From Patescibacteria group bacterium (lineage in GTDB: Bacteria; Patescibacteriota; UBA1384; XYA2-FULL-43-10; 1-14-0-10-43-13), in contig JBAYVE010000001.1 in assembly GCA_041674765.1 (NCBI GenBank), forward strand, positions 70,177 through 134,176: a DNA stretch of 64,000 nt, given 5' to 3'. This document shows, piece by piece, positions 31,716 through 40,489 of the stretch. The notes under the pieces were generated by a model, which did no database searches, was not told the origin of the DNA, and saw only the letters and a program-made list of their open reading frames with translations. Each line of letters starts with the position of its first letter. Positions within the stretch are counted from its first letter, which is position 1. Position numbers and translations under genes: made by a program.

Positions 31716-32943
31716 TTTCTATTTTCTGCTCACATTGATCGTTTACATGCCCCTTCAGTTTTTCCTGGATCAGTTTTTGCACTCTCGGACAGAATTGGCC
31801 GATAGTACGATATTCTGGAGTACTCACTGGTATGAGCCTTTTCTTATAATTTTTTTCCTCATTACCGCCCTGAAGGCTGTCATCGAAAAAAAGGTAAGGT
31901 TGCCTCTACTTATGATTAGCTTGGTGGTCTTATTTGGCTTGGTCTCAGTCCTTCTTCTGTCTCCTGATATCGGTAGGGGTCTTGAGGGCTTTCGTTTCTC
32001 TCTCTTGGCACTTCTTTTCTTGGGAATCGGGGTCAATCTCGACCTGTCTGCTAGAAGCAAAACCAGTCTAATCAATACATACCTTATTTCTGCTTTTCTG
32101 ATGGCCGGATTGGCGCTAGTAGAGAGATTCCTGCCATACTATTACTGGAGCGGCGCCGGCTTATTAGATATCTCTCAAAGTTTCGGTTGGGGCTTTTTCG
32201 ACATTGGCAAGAAAATTTACCAGAGTTCTTCTTTGATAGGAGCTCCAAATCAGCTTGGAAGCTATCTTTTGCCGGCACTTTTCCTACTTCTGTTTCGAAT
32301 AAAACAGATAAATATCCGATCCGCGTTCTACATTCTACTGTCTATTCTTCTAGCCTTGGCTATTTTGTTGACCTTTTCTAGATCGGCTCTTGTGGCGTTG
32401 GTAGTTGGCCTTTTGATTTTCATCTTTTTCTTCATAAAAAATCTAAGAATACTGAGTTGGTTTTTGTCCATACTTTGCGTCTTTATAGTGATAGTAGCCC
32501 TTTCATTTTCCAGGAGCGAAAACATCAGAAATCTAATTACACATGACGGGGATACGGGCCATTTAAATTCATTCAATATCACCCTGAACGAAATTAAAAA
32601 TCGGTATGACAACGATAAAGTCAAATTTGCATTTGGCTCTGGTCTAGGCACAGCCGGGCCAGCATCCGTAAAGTACGGTGATGGCATCACCTCGGAATCA
32701 TGGTATTTGCAGTTTGCGTTAGAGCTTGGAGCCCTCGGCCTATTACTCTGGCTCGGACTTACCGGATATCTGCTTTTGGAGTTATTCAAGATTCAGAAGG
32801 CATTATTCCTTGGCCTAGTCTCAGTCTCTGTTTGTGCGCTCTTTTTGCATACTTTTGCCGATAATCCGGCGATAGCTTATACTATATTTATTCTGATCGG
32901 AGTTAGTTTAAACAAGGAACAATATGGCAAGAATATTAATTGA
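31687..32943 (+). CDS. O-antigen ligase family protein
   Basis: APNQLG, LTFSRSA, FGSGLGTAGPAS and ESWYLQFALELG motifs. Confidence 0.78.
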   Translation: MMGKIWQKVNFYFLLTLIVYMPLQFFLDQFLHSRTELADSTIFWSTHWYEPFLIIFFLITALKAVIEKKVRLPLLMISLVVLFGLVSVLLLSPDIGRGLEGFRFSLLALLFLGIGVNLDLSARSKTSLINTYLISAFLMAGLALVERFLPYYYWSGAGLLDISQSFGWGFFDIGKKIYQSSSLIGAPNQLGSYLLPALFLLLFRIKQINIRSAFYILLSILLALAILLTFSRSALVALVVGLLIFIFFFIKNLRILSWFLSILCVFIVIVALSFSRSENIRNLITHDGDTGHLNSFNITLNEIKNRYDNDKVKFAFGSGLGTAGPASVKYGDGITSESWYLQFALELGALGLLLWLGLTGYLLLELFKIQKALFLGLVSVSVCALFLHTFADNPAIAYTIFILIGVSLNKEQYGKNIN

Positions 32944-34129
32944 CGGCAGATTTGTCGGGGTAGGAGACTCCCAGACAAGGGTTGTGATGCAGAACCTCCG
33001 GGAGATTTTGAAGCTGGATCGGGAGAACAAATATACTCTCTTAATCCGGCCACAAGGCATTAAGGAAGTTGGGCGATATTTTGGAATTGGTGAATTGGAT
33101 ATTAATAAATTGATTAGAAATTCGGAATTAGAAATTAAAAATTTATGCGTAAGTATTTTAGACGTTCCCCATTATTCGAAGGACGAACAAATTAAACTTT
33201 TGTCTCATTTAAATAAGGAAAAATTTGATCTTGTTCACTTTACTCAGTTCAACCATCCGATTTTGTATCGCGGTCGTTATATTGTGACTATCCAGGATCT
33301 AACCTTGATTGGGCACTTGCATTACTTTAATTTTATAAAGCAGCTAGCCTTTAATATGGTGATGAAGTCTGCGATCAGAGACTCAACCAAAATAATTTCT
33401 ATTTCGAAGGTTACAACTGAGGATATCCTTGATTTTGTCGATATTGAACCAAAAAAAATCAGCCTGATTTATTGGGGCATAGATCATAATCTTTTCAATC
33501 TCAAGGCAAAAGATAAATCAAAGATTGAACAATTCAAGAAAAAATATGGAATAAAAGACGAATATTTTCTTTACACCGGTGCCTGGAAAAAGCACAAAAA
33601 TCTTGTCCGGATGCTTCAGGCCTATGAGCAATATTATCAAAAGTCAAAAGTCAAAAAAGAAAATCCTATACAATTAGTTTTGGTGGGTAAAATAGATAAA
33701 AATGAGCCGGAGGTAGTTGCTGAAATCGAAAGAATTAATAAAGATCTTTCTGCTCTCCATGGTCTACCTTCTGCTATTATAGCGACCGGATTTATTGAAG
33801 ACTTTGAGTTGCCGACAGCTTATGCCGGCGCCCTTTGTTATGTGATCCCTTCATTGAATGAAGGCTTTGGCTGGCCGCCGCTTGAAGCAATGGCCTGCGG
33901 CACTCCGGTAATTTCTTCCAATGTTTCCTGTATGCCGGAGATTCAGGGTAATGCATCGTTCTATTTTGATCCATATAGCATCGACGAGATCGCAAAGGCA
34001 ATGGAAAAAGTGGCCGCTAATCCCAGATTACAAGCAGAATTGAGAGAAAAAGGTTTGAAGCAGGTTCAAAAGTATCATTGGGAAGACACTGCGAAGAAGA
34101 CGCTGGAGGTTTACAAGAGCTTGATTTAA
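32924..34129 (+). CDS. Glycosyltransferase family 4 (GT1-like), with short repeat-derived inserts
   Basis: [23 protein letters not shown] and [21 protein letters not shown] motifs. Confidence 0.88.
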   Translation: MARILIDGRFVGVGDSQTRVVMQNLREILKLDRENKYTLLIRPQGIKEVGRYFGIGELDINKLIRNSELEIKNLCVSILDVPHYSKDEQIKLLSHLNKEKFDLVHFTQFNHPILYRGRYIVTIQDLTLIGHLHYFNFIKQLAFNMVMKSAIRDSTKIISISKVTTEDILDFVDIEPKKISLIYWGIDHNLFNLKAKDKSKIEQFKKKYGIKDEYFLYTGAWKKHKNLVRMLQAYEQYYQKSKVKKENPIQLVLVGKIDKNEPEVVAEIERINKDLSALHGLPSAIIATGFIEDFELPTAYAGALCYVIPSLNEGFGWPPLEAMACGTPVISSNVSCMPEIQGNASFYFDPYSIDEIAKAMEKVAANPRLQAELREKGLKQVQKYHWEDTAKKTLEVYKSLI

Positions 34130-34205
34130 TATATATTTATAAAAACAAATAGATTTCTGTTGTATTAAAAGAACAAAACTAACAAAATATTAACTTGGAG
34201 AGATT

Positions 34206-34754
34206 ATGGATGAGAGAAGCGTTCGACCAACCGATGGGGGTGTACCGGCAGTCCCAGGATCAGATGAGCCTGTGGTAGAATCGCCTGCGCCTGAAGTGCA
34301 AGCAGCGCCAGAGATAACAGTATCAGAGAGCGTTGCATCGCCAACTGGCGAGGATGCCAAAGAAGAGCCGCTTTTTCCCGCTGAATTTTCTGATGCTTTT
34401 CAATTAAGATTTTTTTCTCTTCCTGCAAAGCTTCAAGAATACGCTGAAGCAGGGGAATTAGAGAATTTTATGAAAACTAGAGCTAGATTTTTAACAAAGC
34501 TTTATGAAAAAGTTCCTCAGGGCTTGTTGGATTCAACTTTCTCAGCAAAATTTAATGATGCTATGAATAAAACTACCGGTCTTCCCGGTACTTATTCATT
34601 CGAACATGAACTTCAACCAACCGATGACAAAGAGGCTATCTTGGGAATTTACCACCAACTTAATGAAGCATGGAAAAATGACTATCTAGAAGTGAACGCC
34701 GGTGAGAACGATGGGAAAATAACAGTAGTCATAAAAGTGTTTGATGCAAAATAA
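34206..34754 (+). CDS. Hypothetical protein with an acidic, Pro-rich N-terminus
   Basis: GGAG SD, 182-aa ORF, followed by a terminator. Confidence 0.6.
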   Translation: MDERSVRPTDGGVPAVPGSDEPVVESPAPEVQAAPEITVSESVASPTGEDAKEEPLFPAEFSDAFQLRFFSLPAKLQEYAEAGELENFMKTRARFLTKLYEKVPQGLLDSTFSAKFNDAMNKTTGLPGTYSFEHELQPTDDKEAILGIYHQLNEAWKNDYLEVNAGENDGKITVVIKVFDAK

Positions 34755-34774
34755 TCGGTTAAGTTGCTAATTAT

Positions 34775-34808
34775 AAAAGATGACCCCGGCTCGCTGGCCG
34801 GGGTCTTT
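34775..34808. terminator. Bidirectional intrinsic terminator
   Basis: GACCCCGGC-tcgctg-GCCGGGGTC between convergent genes, with A-rich and T-rich flanks. Confidence 0.7.
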
Positions 34809-34832
34809 GCGTTGTGTATGTCCGCCTGTGTG

Positions 34833-35372
34833 TCATAGCGGACTGTTTGGGGAATAGGTGACGAATGATCGACTTGCGATCGTGGTCACGCCGCTGATGG
34901 TGATGTCGGCTTGGACCATGAACGTCTCAAGTGGACGTTCGTGTTCGATTCGGCGGAAGAAATTGCTCCCAACCAGGGGGTTGGGATCAGGCCAGCCGAC
35001 GAAATCGGTCCCGGGATTGGGGACGATTTCCAGGTCGACAAAGTCGATTGGCTCGAAATTGCTCATTCCTTGGGGGCGGCGGTAGAACTGCACGTTGTCG
35101 ACGATCGAATTGGGGATTGTAGCCCCGGTCGATATATCAACAACGGCAATATCGAATTGCACGCCCGGCGTAATCGTCTGAACCTCGCCAGCCGGAATGG
35201 TCGTGACTGGCAGGTCGTTTGGAAACCGCCACTCACGCAGCATAATAGTCGCATCGGCGATATCCCCACCGGGGACGTTGATGTCATTGCCGCTGCTGTC
35301 ATTGCAGCCGACGAACACCGTGCCGGCAACGAGCATTACCAGGCCGAGAACGAGAAGTGAAATCCCTCTCAT
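34833..35372 (-). CDS. High-GC putative lipoprotein
   Basis: MRGISLLVLGLVMLVAGTVFVG-C lipobox-like signal. GGAGGG SD before ATG 35372. GC is far above background. Confidence 0.6.
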   Translation of the reverse strand: MRGISLLVLGLVMLVAGTVFVGCNDSSGNDINVPGGDIADATIMLREWRFPNDLPVTTIPAGEVQTITPGVQFDIAVVDISTGATIPNSIVDNVQFYRRPQGMSNFEPIDFVDLEIVPNPGTDFVGWPDPNPLVGSNFFRRIEHERPLETFMVQADITISGVTTIASRSFVTYSPNSPL

Positions 35373-35503
35373 AGTGAACCCTCCTTCTACTACCGGTATA
35401 GAAACCTCCGGTAAGATAGTTAGCACATTCTATGAATAAAATAGTTTAATTTCTTTGGGAGCTATTACTAAAAAACAAAGATAAAATTGGTTATTTCTAC
35501 GAA

Positions 35504-35538
35504 TGAACCCCGACTGCCACAGGGGCAGTCGGGGTTCA
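35504..35538 (-). terminator. Strong hairpin after the second lipoprotein gene
   Basis: 15-bp perfect stem TGAACCCCGACTGCC/GGCAGTCGGGGTTCA. Confidence 0.6.
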
Positions 35539-35564
35539 CGTATATAGAGGTTGAATTGGAAGGA

Positions 35565-36011
35565 TTATCCTCCCTTTCCAGCCTCAAGTTGGACAGAGGC
35601 GTGGCCCACTTGATTCTGGCCGGCGTAAGCGTCGACTGTTATCAGGTGGAAGCCGTAGGTATTCAGCGGGATGCGGACATGCCCGTCGATTTCTGCCTCT
35701 CCGCCTTTTGAGTTGGCCACAGAGGGCTGCACGGCTCCGTTGACACTATGAGTAACCTCATAGCGCAGACCGGCCGGAGCAGCTGGGGTCCAGACGAAAT
35801 TCACTTGGGCTGTTTCACCCAGGTTGAATTCATATCGCTGGACTCCCTCGGCAGTGATGCCGAGGTGGTACGGTCCGGTGCCATCAAGGTTGACGGCAGC
35901 CAGGCGGAGTTCTGACTCCGGCAGGCCGGCACTATCCCCGCTGCAGCCGGTCAGACCGACTACAAGTACTATGAGCGCCAACGTGGCGCAGATCATGGTG
36001 AGAGTTCGCAT
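35565..36011 (-). CDS. High-GC putative lipoprotein
   Basis: MRTLTMICATLALIVLVVGLTG-C lipobox-like signal; AAGGAG SD. Confidence 0.65.
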   Translation of the reverse strand: MRTLTMICATLALIVLVVGLTGCSGDSAGLPESELRLAAVNLDGTGPYHLGITAEGVQRYEFNLGETAQVNFVWTPAAPAGLRYEVTHSVNGAVQPSVANSKGGEAEIDGHVRIPLNTYGFHLITVDAYAGQNQVGHASVQLEAGKGG

Positions 36012-36079
36012 GGTTTCTCCTTTTTGTTTCCAAGTCCTCTTAGCAAAAAATTGCCTCGAACTTGGAGCAACATATTATA

Positions 36080-36108
36080 ATTATAGCACTAATTTGCTAA
36101 AATGTCAA
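36080..36108 (-). promoter_or_regulatory. Consensus sigma70 promoter for the lipoprotein gene
   Basis: TTGACA-17 nt-TATAAT with extended TG on the minus strand. Confidence 0.75.
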
Positions 36109-36174
36109 TAAAGGCGAGTGGCTGGTTGTTGTATTATTGAACTTTGGCTCTCCTTGTGGTAACTTTAGGTCAGT

Positions 36175-36278
36175 TAGAAAGTTTGTAAAGTTCTTAAAGT
36201 TTATAAAGTTACCTTGTACTTTATGAACTTTTTACTTTATGAACTTTATGATCTTATTTTCTTTTAACTTTATAAACT
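36175..36278. repeat. Inverted array of ~9-nt repeats (AAAGTTTAT / ACTTTATGA family) upstream of hppA
   Basis: aaagtttgtaaagttcttaaagtttataaagtt ... actttatgaactttttactttatgaacttt ... aactttataaact. Related arrays lie at 46838 and 62825. Confidence 0.8.
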
Positions 36279-36299
36279 ATTAATTTGGAGAAATTATCC

Positions 36300-38398
36300 A
36301 TGTACGCAATTTCGATCACAATTGCGCTAGTCGCAGCTGCAATTTCGATCATCTACGGCCTAATCCTTGTTCTTGCAGTGAACAAGAAAGATCCAGGCAA
36401 CAAGAAGATGGTTGATATTGCCAAAGCCATTCAAGATGGCGCCAAGGCGTTTCTAAATCGCCAGTACTCCACTGTCGGCGTCGTAGCCGCAGTTTTATTC
36501 GTAGTTTTGCTCTATGCTTTGGGCTGGAAGATCGCCGTCGGCTTCTTGGTTGGCGCTGTCTTTTCTGCTCTCGCCGGATATATTGGAATGAACGTTTCAG
36601 TTCGAGCCAATGTACGGACAGCTGAAGCAAGCCGAAAAGGCCTTCGTTTCGGTATGGATGTTGCATTTAAATCAGGGACTGTTACCGGCCTTTTGGTAGT
36701 CGGTCTTGGCCTTTTGGCTGTAGCCGGTTTCTATGCCATTTTTAAAGACATTGAAGCCTTGATCGGACTCGGTTTTGGCGGTTCTTTAATTTCAATTTTC
36801 GCCCGGCTTGGCGGCGGTATTTTTACCAAAGCTGCCGATGTTGGAGCTGATTTGGTTGGCAAAGTCGAAGCGGGAATTCCCGAAGATGATCCAAGAAACC
36901 CAGCTGTAATTGCGGATAACGTTGGTGATAATGTTGGCGACTGTGCCGGTATGGCTGCCGATCTTTTCGAAACCTATTCCGTAACTGCTGTAGCCACAAT
37001 GCTTTTGGGCAGTCTCTTCTTTGCTAACTTTGAAAACGCAGTCTTGTTCCCATTGGTACTTGGTGCTGCCTCAATTATTACCTCTATTATCGGTAGCTGG
37101 TTCGTAGATTGGGCAAGAAATCCAAGAATATTATGGGCGCACTTTACAGAGGTTTGATCGTCGCCGGTGTGCTTGCTGCTATTGCTTTCTACTTCATTAC
37201 CGAATGGTTGATGAAGGACAATGGTCAGTATTCGACCTTAAATATTTACTTTGCTTCGTTGATCGGTTTGGCAGTAACTGCACTTATGTGCATCATTACA
37301 GAGTATTTCACTTCTACTAAATTCCAACCGGTTAAATCAATCGCAGAAAGTTCTGCTACCGGTCATGGTACGAATATCATTACCGGTTTGGCCGTCTCAA
37401 TGAGATCGACCGCAATGCCGGTAATCGTCATCGGCGCAGCTATATTGGGCGCTTATTCTCTCGCCGGCCTTTATGGCGTTGCGATTGCTGCAATGGCTAT
37501 GCTTTCGATGGCTGGTATTATCGTCGCTATCGATGCTTTTGGCCCAGTCGTTGATAATGCCGGCGGAATCGCCGAAATGGCCGAACTTCCGGCTGATGTT
37601 CGGGTTCATACTGATGCTCTTGACGCTGTTGGCAATACAACAAAAGCTGTGACCAAAGGCTATGCTATCGGTTCTGCTGCTTTGGCTGCAATGGTTCTTT
37701 TCGCGGATTATACACACAAGCTTGGTAACGGCTATAAATTTGAGTTGACAGATCCGATGGTTATCGTCGGTCTTTTCTTGGGCGGCCTTCTTCCGTATTA
37801 CTTCGGCTCCCTTGCTATGGAAGCGGTCGGCAAAGCGGCTGGTGCTGTTGTGACTGAAGTTCGCAGACAATTCAAGGAGATCAAAGGTATTATGGAGGGC
37901 AAGGCCAAACCAGATTATGGCAAGGCTGTCGATATTGTCACCAAGTCAGCAATCCACGAAATGATTCTCCCTGCTGCGATTACAGTTGCTGCTCCATTGC
38001 TCGTCGGTTTCTTGCTTGGTCCAGTTGCCCTCGGCGGATTTTTGATCGGTACAATTATCACAGGTTTGTTTGTCGCAATCTCGATGACTTCTGGCGGCGG
38101 CGCTTGGGACAACGCCAAGAAATATATTGAGGAAGGTAATTTTGGCGGTAAAGGCTCGATCGCTCATCAGGCTGCCGTTACCGGAGACACTGTCGGCGAT
38201 CCTTACAAAGATACTGCCGGTCCGGCTATCAATCCGATTATCAAGGTTGTAAATATCATCGCTCTTCTGATCGCAACAACTCTGATCGAAGTTGAGATCA
38301 CAAATACTACCAAAATAATCATCGTCGCTGTCCTAGTTCTAGGAATCGCAGCATGGGTACTCCTGGGTTCGAAGAAAAGCACAAAACTGGTTAAGTAG
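36300..38398 (+). pseudogene. hppA: K+-independent membrane H+-pyrophosphatase, split by a 1-nt frameshift at ~37105 (real, or a sequencing error)
   Basis: [43 protein letters not shown] and [10 protein letters not shown] motifs. TTC GT AGA TTG GGC lacks one base of F-V-R-L-G. Confidence 0.85.
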
Positions 38399-38406
38399 TT
38401 GAGATA

Positions 38407-38428
38407 ATGCCTCGCACCAGCGGGGCAT
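38407..38428 (+). terminator. Hairpin after hppA
   Basis: ATGCCTCGC-acca-GCGGGGCAT with a weak U-tail. Confidence 0.45.
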
Positions 38429-38461
38429 CTCTTAAAGGCTTAAGGTTGGAGTTAAAGAAAT

Positions 38462-38695
38462 TTGAAAATAGATAAGAATATTGTCAAAACAAATTTTATT
38501 CTCAATCGGTTTCAAAACGACAAGCCGATTCTAATTGGCGATGACGACAAGGAAGTTCTTTTAGATAAGTCATTACTGCCCAAAGACGCAAAAGAGGGCA
38601 GCAATTTGGTTTTGACAATTGCGACTGAAGAAGCGGAGAATAAGATCCAAAATCAAAAAGCTAAAGATATATTGAATGAAATTTTGAAGGCCTAG
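38462..38695 (+). CDS. DUF3006-like small protein
   Basis: LNRF....IL and LLPKDAKEGSNL pattern plus a C-terminal helix. Confidence 0.65.
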   Translation: MKIDKNIVKTNFILNRFQNDKPILIGDDDKEVLLDKSLLPKDAKEGSNLVLTIATEEAENKIQNQKAKDILNEILKA

Positions 38696-38709
38696 GATTC
38701 TTTTAGCGA

Positions 38710-38780
38710 TGTCATCCTGAGCTTGTCGAAGGATCTCTCATAGAAGATCTCTCGGCTGATTCATGTCGCTCGAGATGACA
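38710..38780. repeat. REP/RPE-like palindromic element with TGTCAT...ATGACA termini
   Basis: TGTCATCCTGAGCTTGTCGAAGGATCT...AGATCTCTCGGC...GCTCGAGATGACA. Confidence 0.8.
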
Positions 38781-38833
38781 GAACACAGTATTTTATCAAT
38801 GAACTCGATATTCAATTATGATAATATTTTTAT

Positions 38834-40465
38834 ATGGAATTAATGCGATTGCTAGAGCTCAAATTTATAAAACATTTCACTGAGGAATTTCCTAAAGCTA
38901 ATATTTATTTGGTTGGAGGTGCTATCCGGGATTTTTTTTTGAATCGCGAAACCAATGACTTTGATTTTGTGTCCGAGGGAATCTCTGCAGAGGAACTAGA
39001 ACAATTTCTGGAAAAAGAGGGAACCGTCGTCGGTGTGGAAGGAAGGAGTTTTGGGGTGTTTAAATTTAAACCATTTATTTGTCATTCCAGACTCGATCTG
39101 GAATCCAGAAAGGAATTGGATCCCCGGATACCATTCTCAAGCAAGATCGCTGGTTCCGAGGATGACACTATTAAAAAGAGCAATGAAACAATTGAACAAT
39201 TGAAAAATGGCTCTTGCCCCTCCATCGACATTGCTTTGCCTAGAAGAGAGGAATATTTGGTTGGGGGTCGGCGGAAAAATGCAGAAGTTCTGCATGAGAA
39301 CGTCTCAATAATTGATGATCTGGCGAGACGGGATTTTACGATCAATGCGATGGCAGTCGATTTGAGACAAATCGGCAAGTCAAAAGATTTCTACTTTAAG
39401 CTTTCAGCTCTAAACTTGAATTTAATTGATCCTTTTGATGGCTTAAGTGATCTCAAGAACAAAATTATTCGTGCTGTTGGTAGCCCTTCTGACCGGTTTC
39501 AAGAAGATCCGACACGGATACTTAGAGGAATCAGGTTTGCTGCTCAATTTGGCCTTACAGTCGAAACTGAGACGTTTCTAACCATGCAAAAGTTAGCCTT
39601 TGAAGTCACGAAGAAGTTCAAAGATGTACAGGGTAGGGAAGTTGAGAGGGTATCATTTGAGGTGATCGGCCAAGAGTTTTTAAAAACTATGGGGGCGGAT
39701 CCCCTCCGCGCGTTGGAATGTTATGATGAAACGGGATTACTTAAAATACTATTTCCCGAGGTGTTTGCTATGAAAGGGGTAGAACAACCGCCAGAGTTTC
39801 ACTCTGAGGGCGATGTTTTTACTCATACGAGATTGGCATTGCAAGCCTTACCGCACGATGCTTCTTTGAGAGTGAAATTAGCTGTGCTTTTTCATGATAT
39901 TGGCAAAGTCGATACATTTACTCCGGTATCAGTCACAGGCGATCGTATCAGATTCAACGATCATGATAGGATCGGCGCTGAGAAGGCGAAGGAGATTCTT
40001 CACCGGTTGAAATTACCCAAAAGGATGATCGACGATGTCTACTGGCTCATAAAAAATCATATGCGGCTACCCTTTGCCTTTCCGCGAATGAAACTAGATA
40101 AACAAAAGGCCTTTGTGCGCGAACCTCTTTTTGATGATTTGATTACTCTGGTTTGCGCTGATGCCCAAGCGAGTTTTTATCCTGACGGAAAACAAAATGA
40201 TTGTTCTTTTCTCGCCCCTGTTAGACAAATTCAAGAAATGGTGAAGAGGGAAATAGCGAGTGGCAAGCCGGTTGAGATCATCAATGGAAGGGAGATAATC
40301 CAGATTTTAAAAACCGTCCGGCCGGGGTTTGATCCGGAAAAACAGGGTAGACTAGTGGGGGCTATTAAAAAAAAGATAAATTCTATGTATGATAGGAATG
40401 AGATAAGGAGTAAGGACGAGGCAAGACATTTGGTCTCTATTTATCCATTTAGAAAACATAAATAA
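38834..40465 (+). CDS. cca: CCA tRNA nucleotidyltransferase with HD domain, carrying an in-frame repeat-derived insert
   Basis: LVGGAIRD, DFDF, DLARRDFTINAMA, RFQEDPTRILR, FHSEGDVFTH and FHDIGK motifs. Confidence 0.88.
   Translation: MELMRLLELKFIKHFTEEFPKANIYLVGGAIRDFFLNRETNDFDFVSEGISAEELEQFLEKEGTVVGVEGRSFGVFKFKPFICHSRLDLESRKELDPRIPFSSKIAGSEDDTIKKSNETIEQLKNGSCPSIDIALPRREEYLVGGRRKNAEVLHENVSIIDDLARRDFTINAMAVDLRQIGKSKDFYFKLSALNLNLIDPFDGLSDLKNKIIRAVGSPSDRFQEDPTRILRGIRFAAQFGLTVETETFLTMQKLAFEVTKKFKDVQGREVERVSFEVIGQEFLKTMGADPLRALECYDETGLLKILFPEVFAMKGVEQPPEFHSEGDVFTHTRLALQALPHDASLRVKLAVLFHDIGKVDTFTPVSVTGDRIRFNDHDRIGAEKAKEILHRLKLPKRMIDDVYWLIKNHMRLPFAFPRMKLDKQKAFVREPLFDDLITLVCADAQASFYPDGKQNDCSFLAPVRQIQEMVKREIASGKPVEIINGREIIQILKTVRPGFDPEKQGRLVGAIKKKINSMYDRNEIRSKDEARHLVSIYPFRKHK
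39080..39210 (+). repeat. Composite palindromic element plus 8-mer array, inserted in frame in cca
   Basis: TGTCATTCCAGACTCGATCTGGAATCCA...TGGATCCCCGGA...GAGGATGACA followed by aacaattg-type repeats. Confidence 0.85.
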
Positions 40466-40489
40466 GTTTATTCATGAGTCTTTTAAATT

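Noticed and set aside
34858-35439. Several overlapping plus-strand ORFs in the high-GC islet
   Set aside because: They are shadows of the minus-strand lipoprotein gene, caused by stop-codon scarcity at high GC. Other antisense ORFs in the track were rejected for the same reason.
36084-36100. CIRCE element (TAGCAC...TGCTAA)
   Set aside because: Spacing and arms do not fit TTAGCACTC-N9-GAGTGCTAA, and it is not upstream of chaperone genes.
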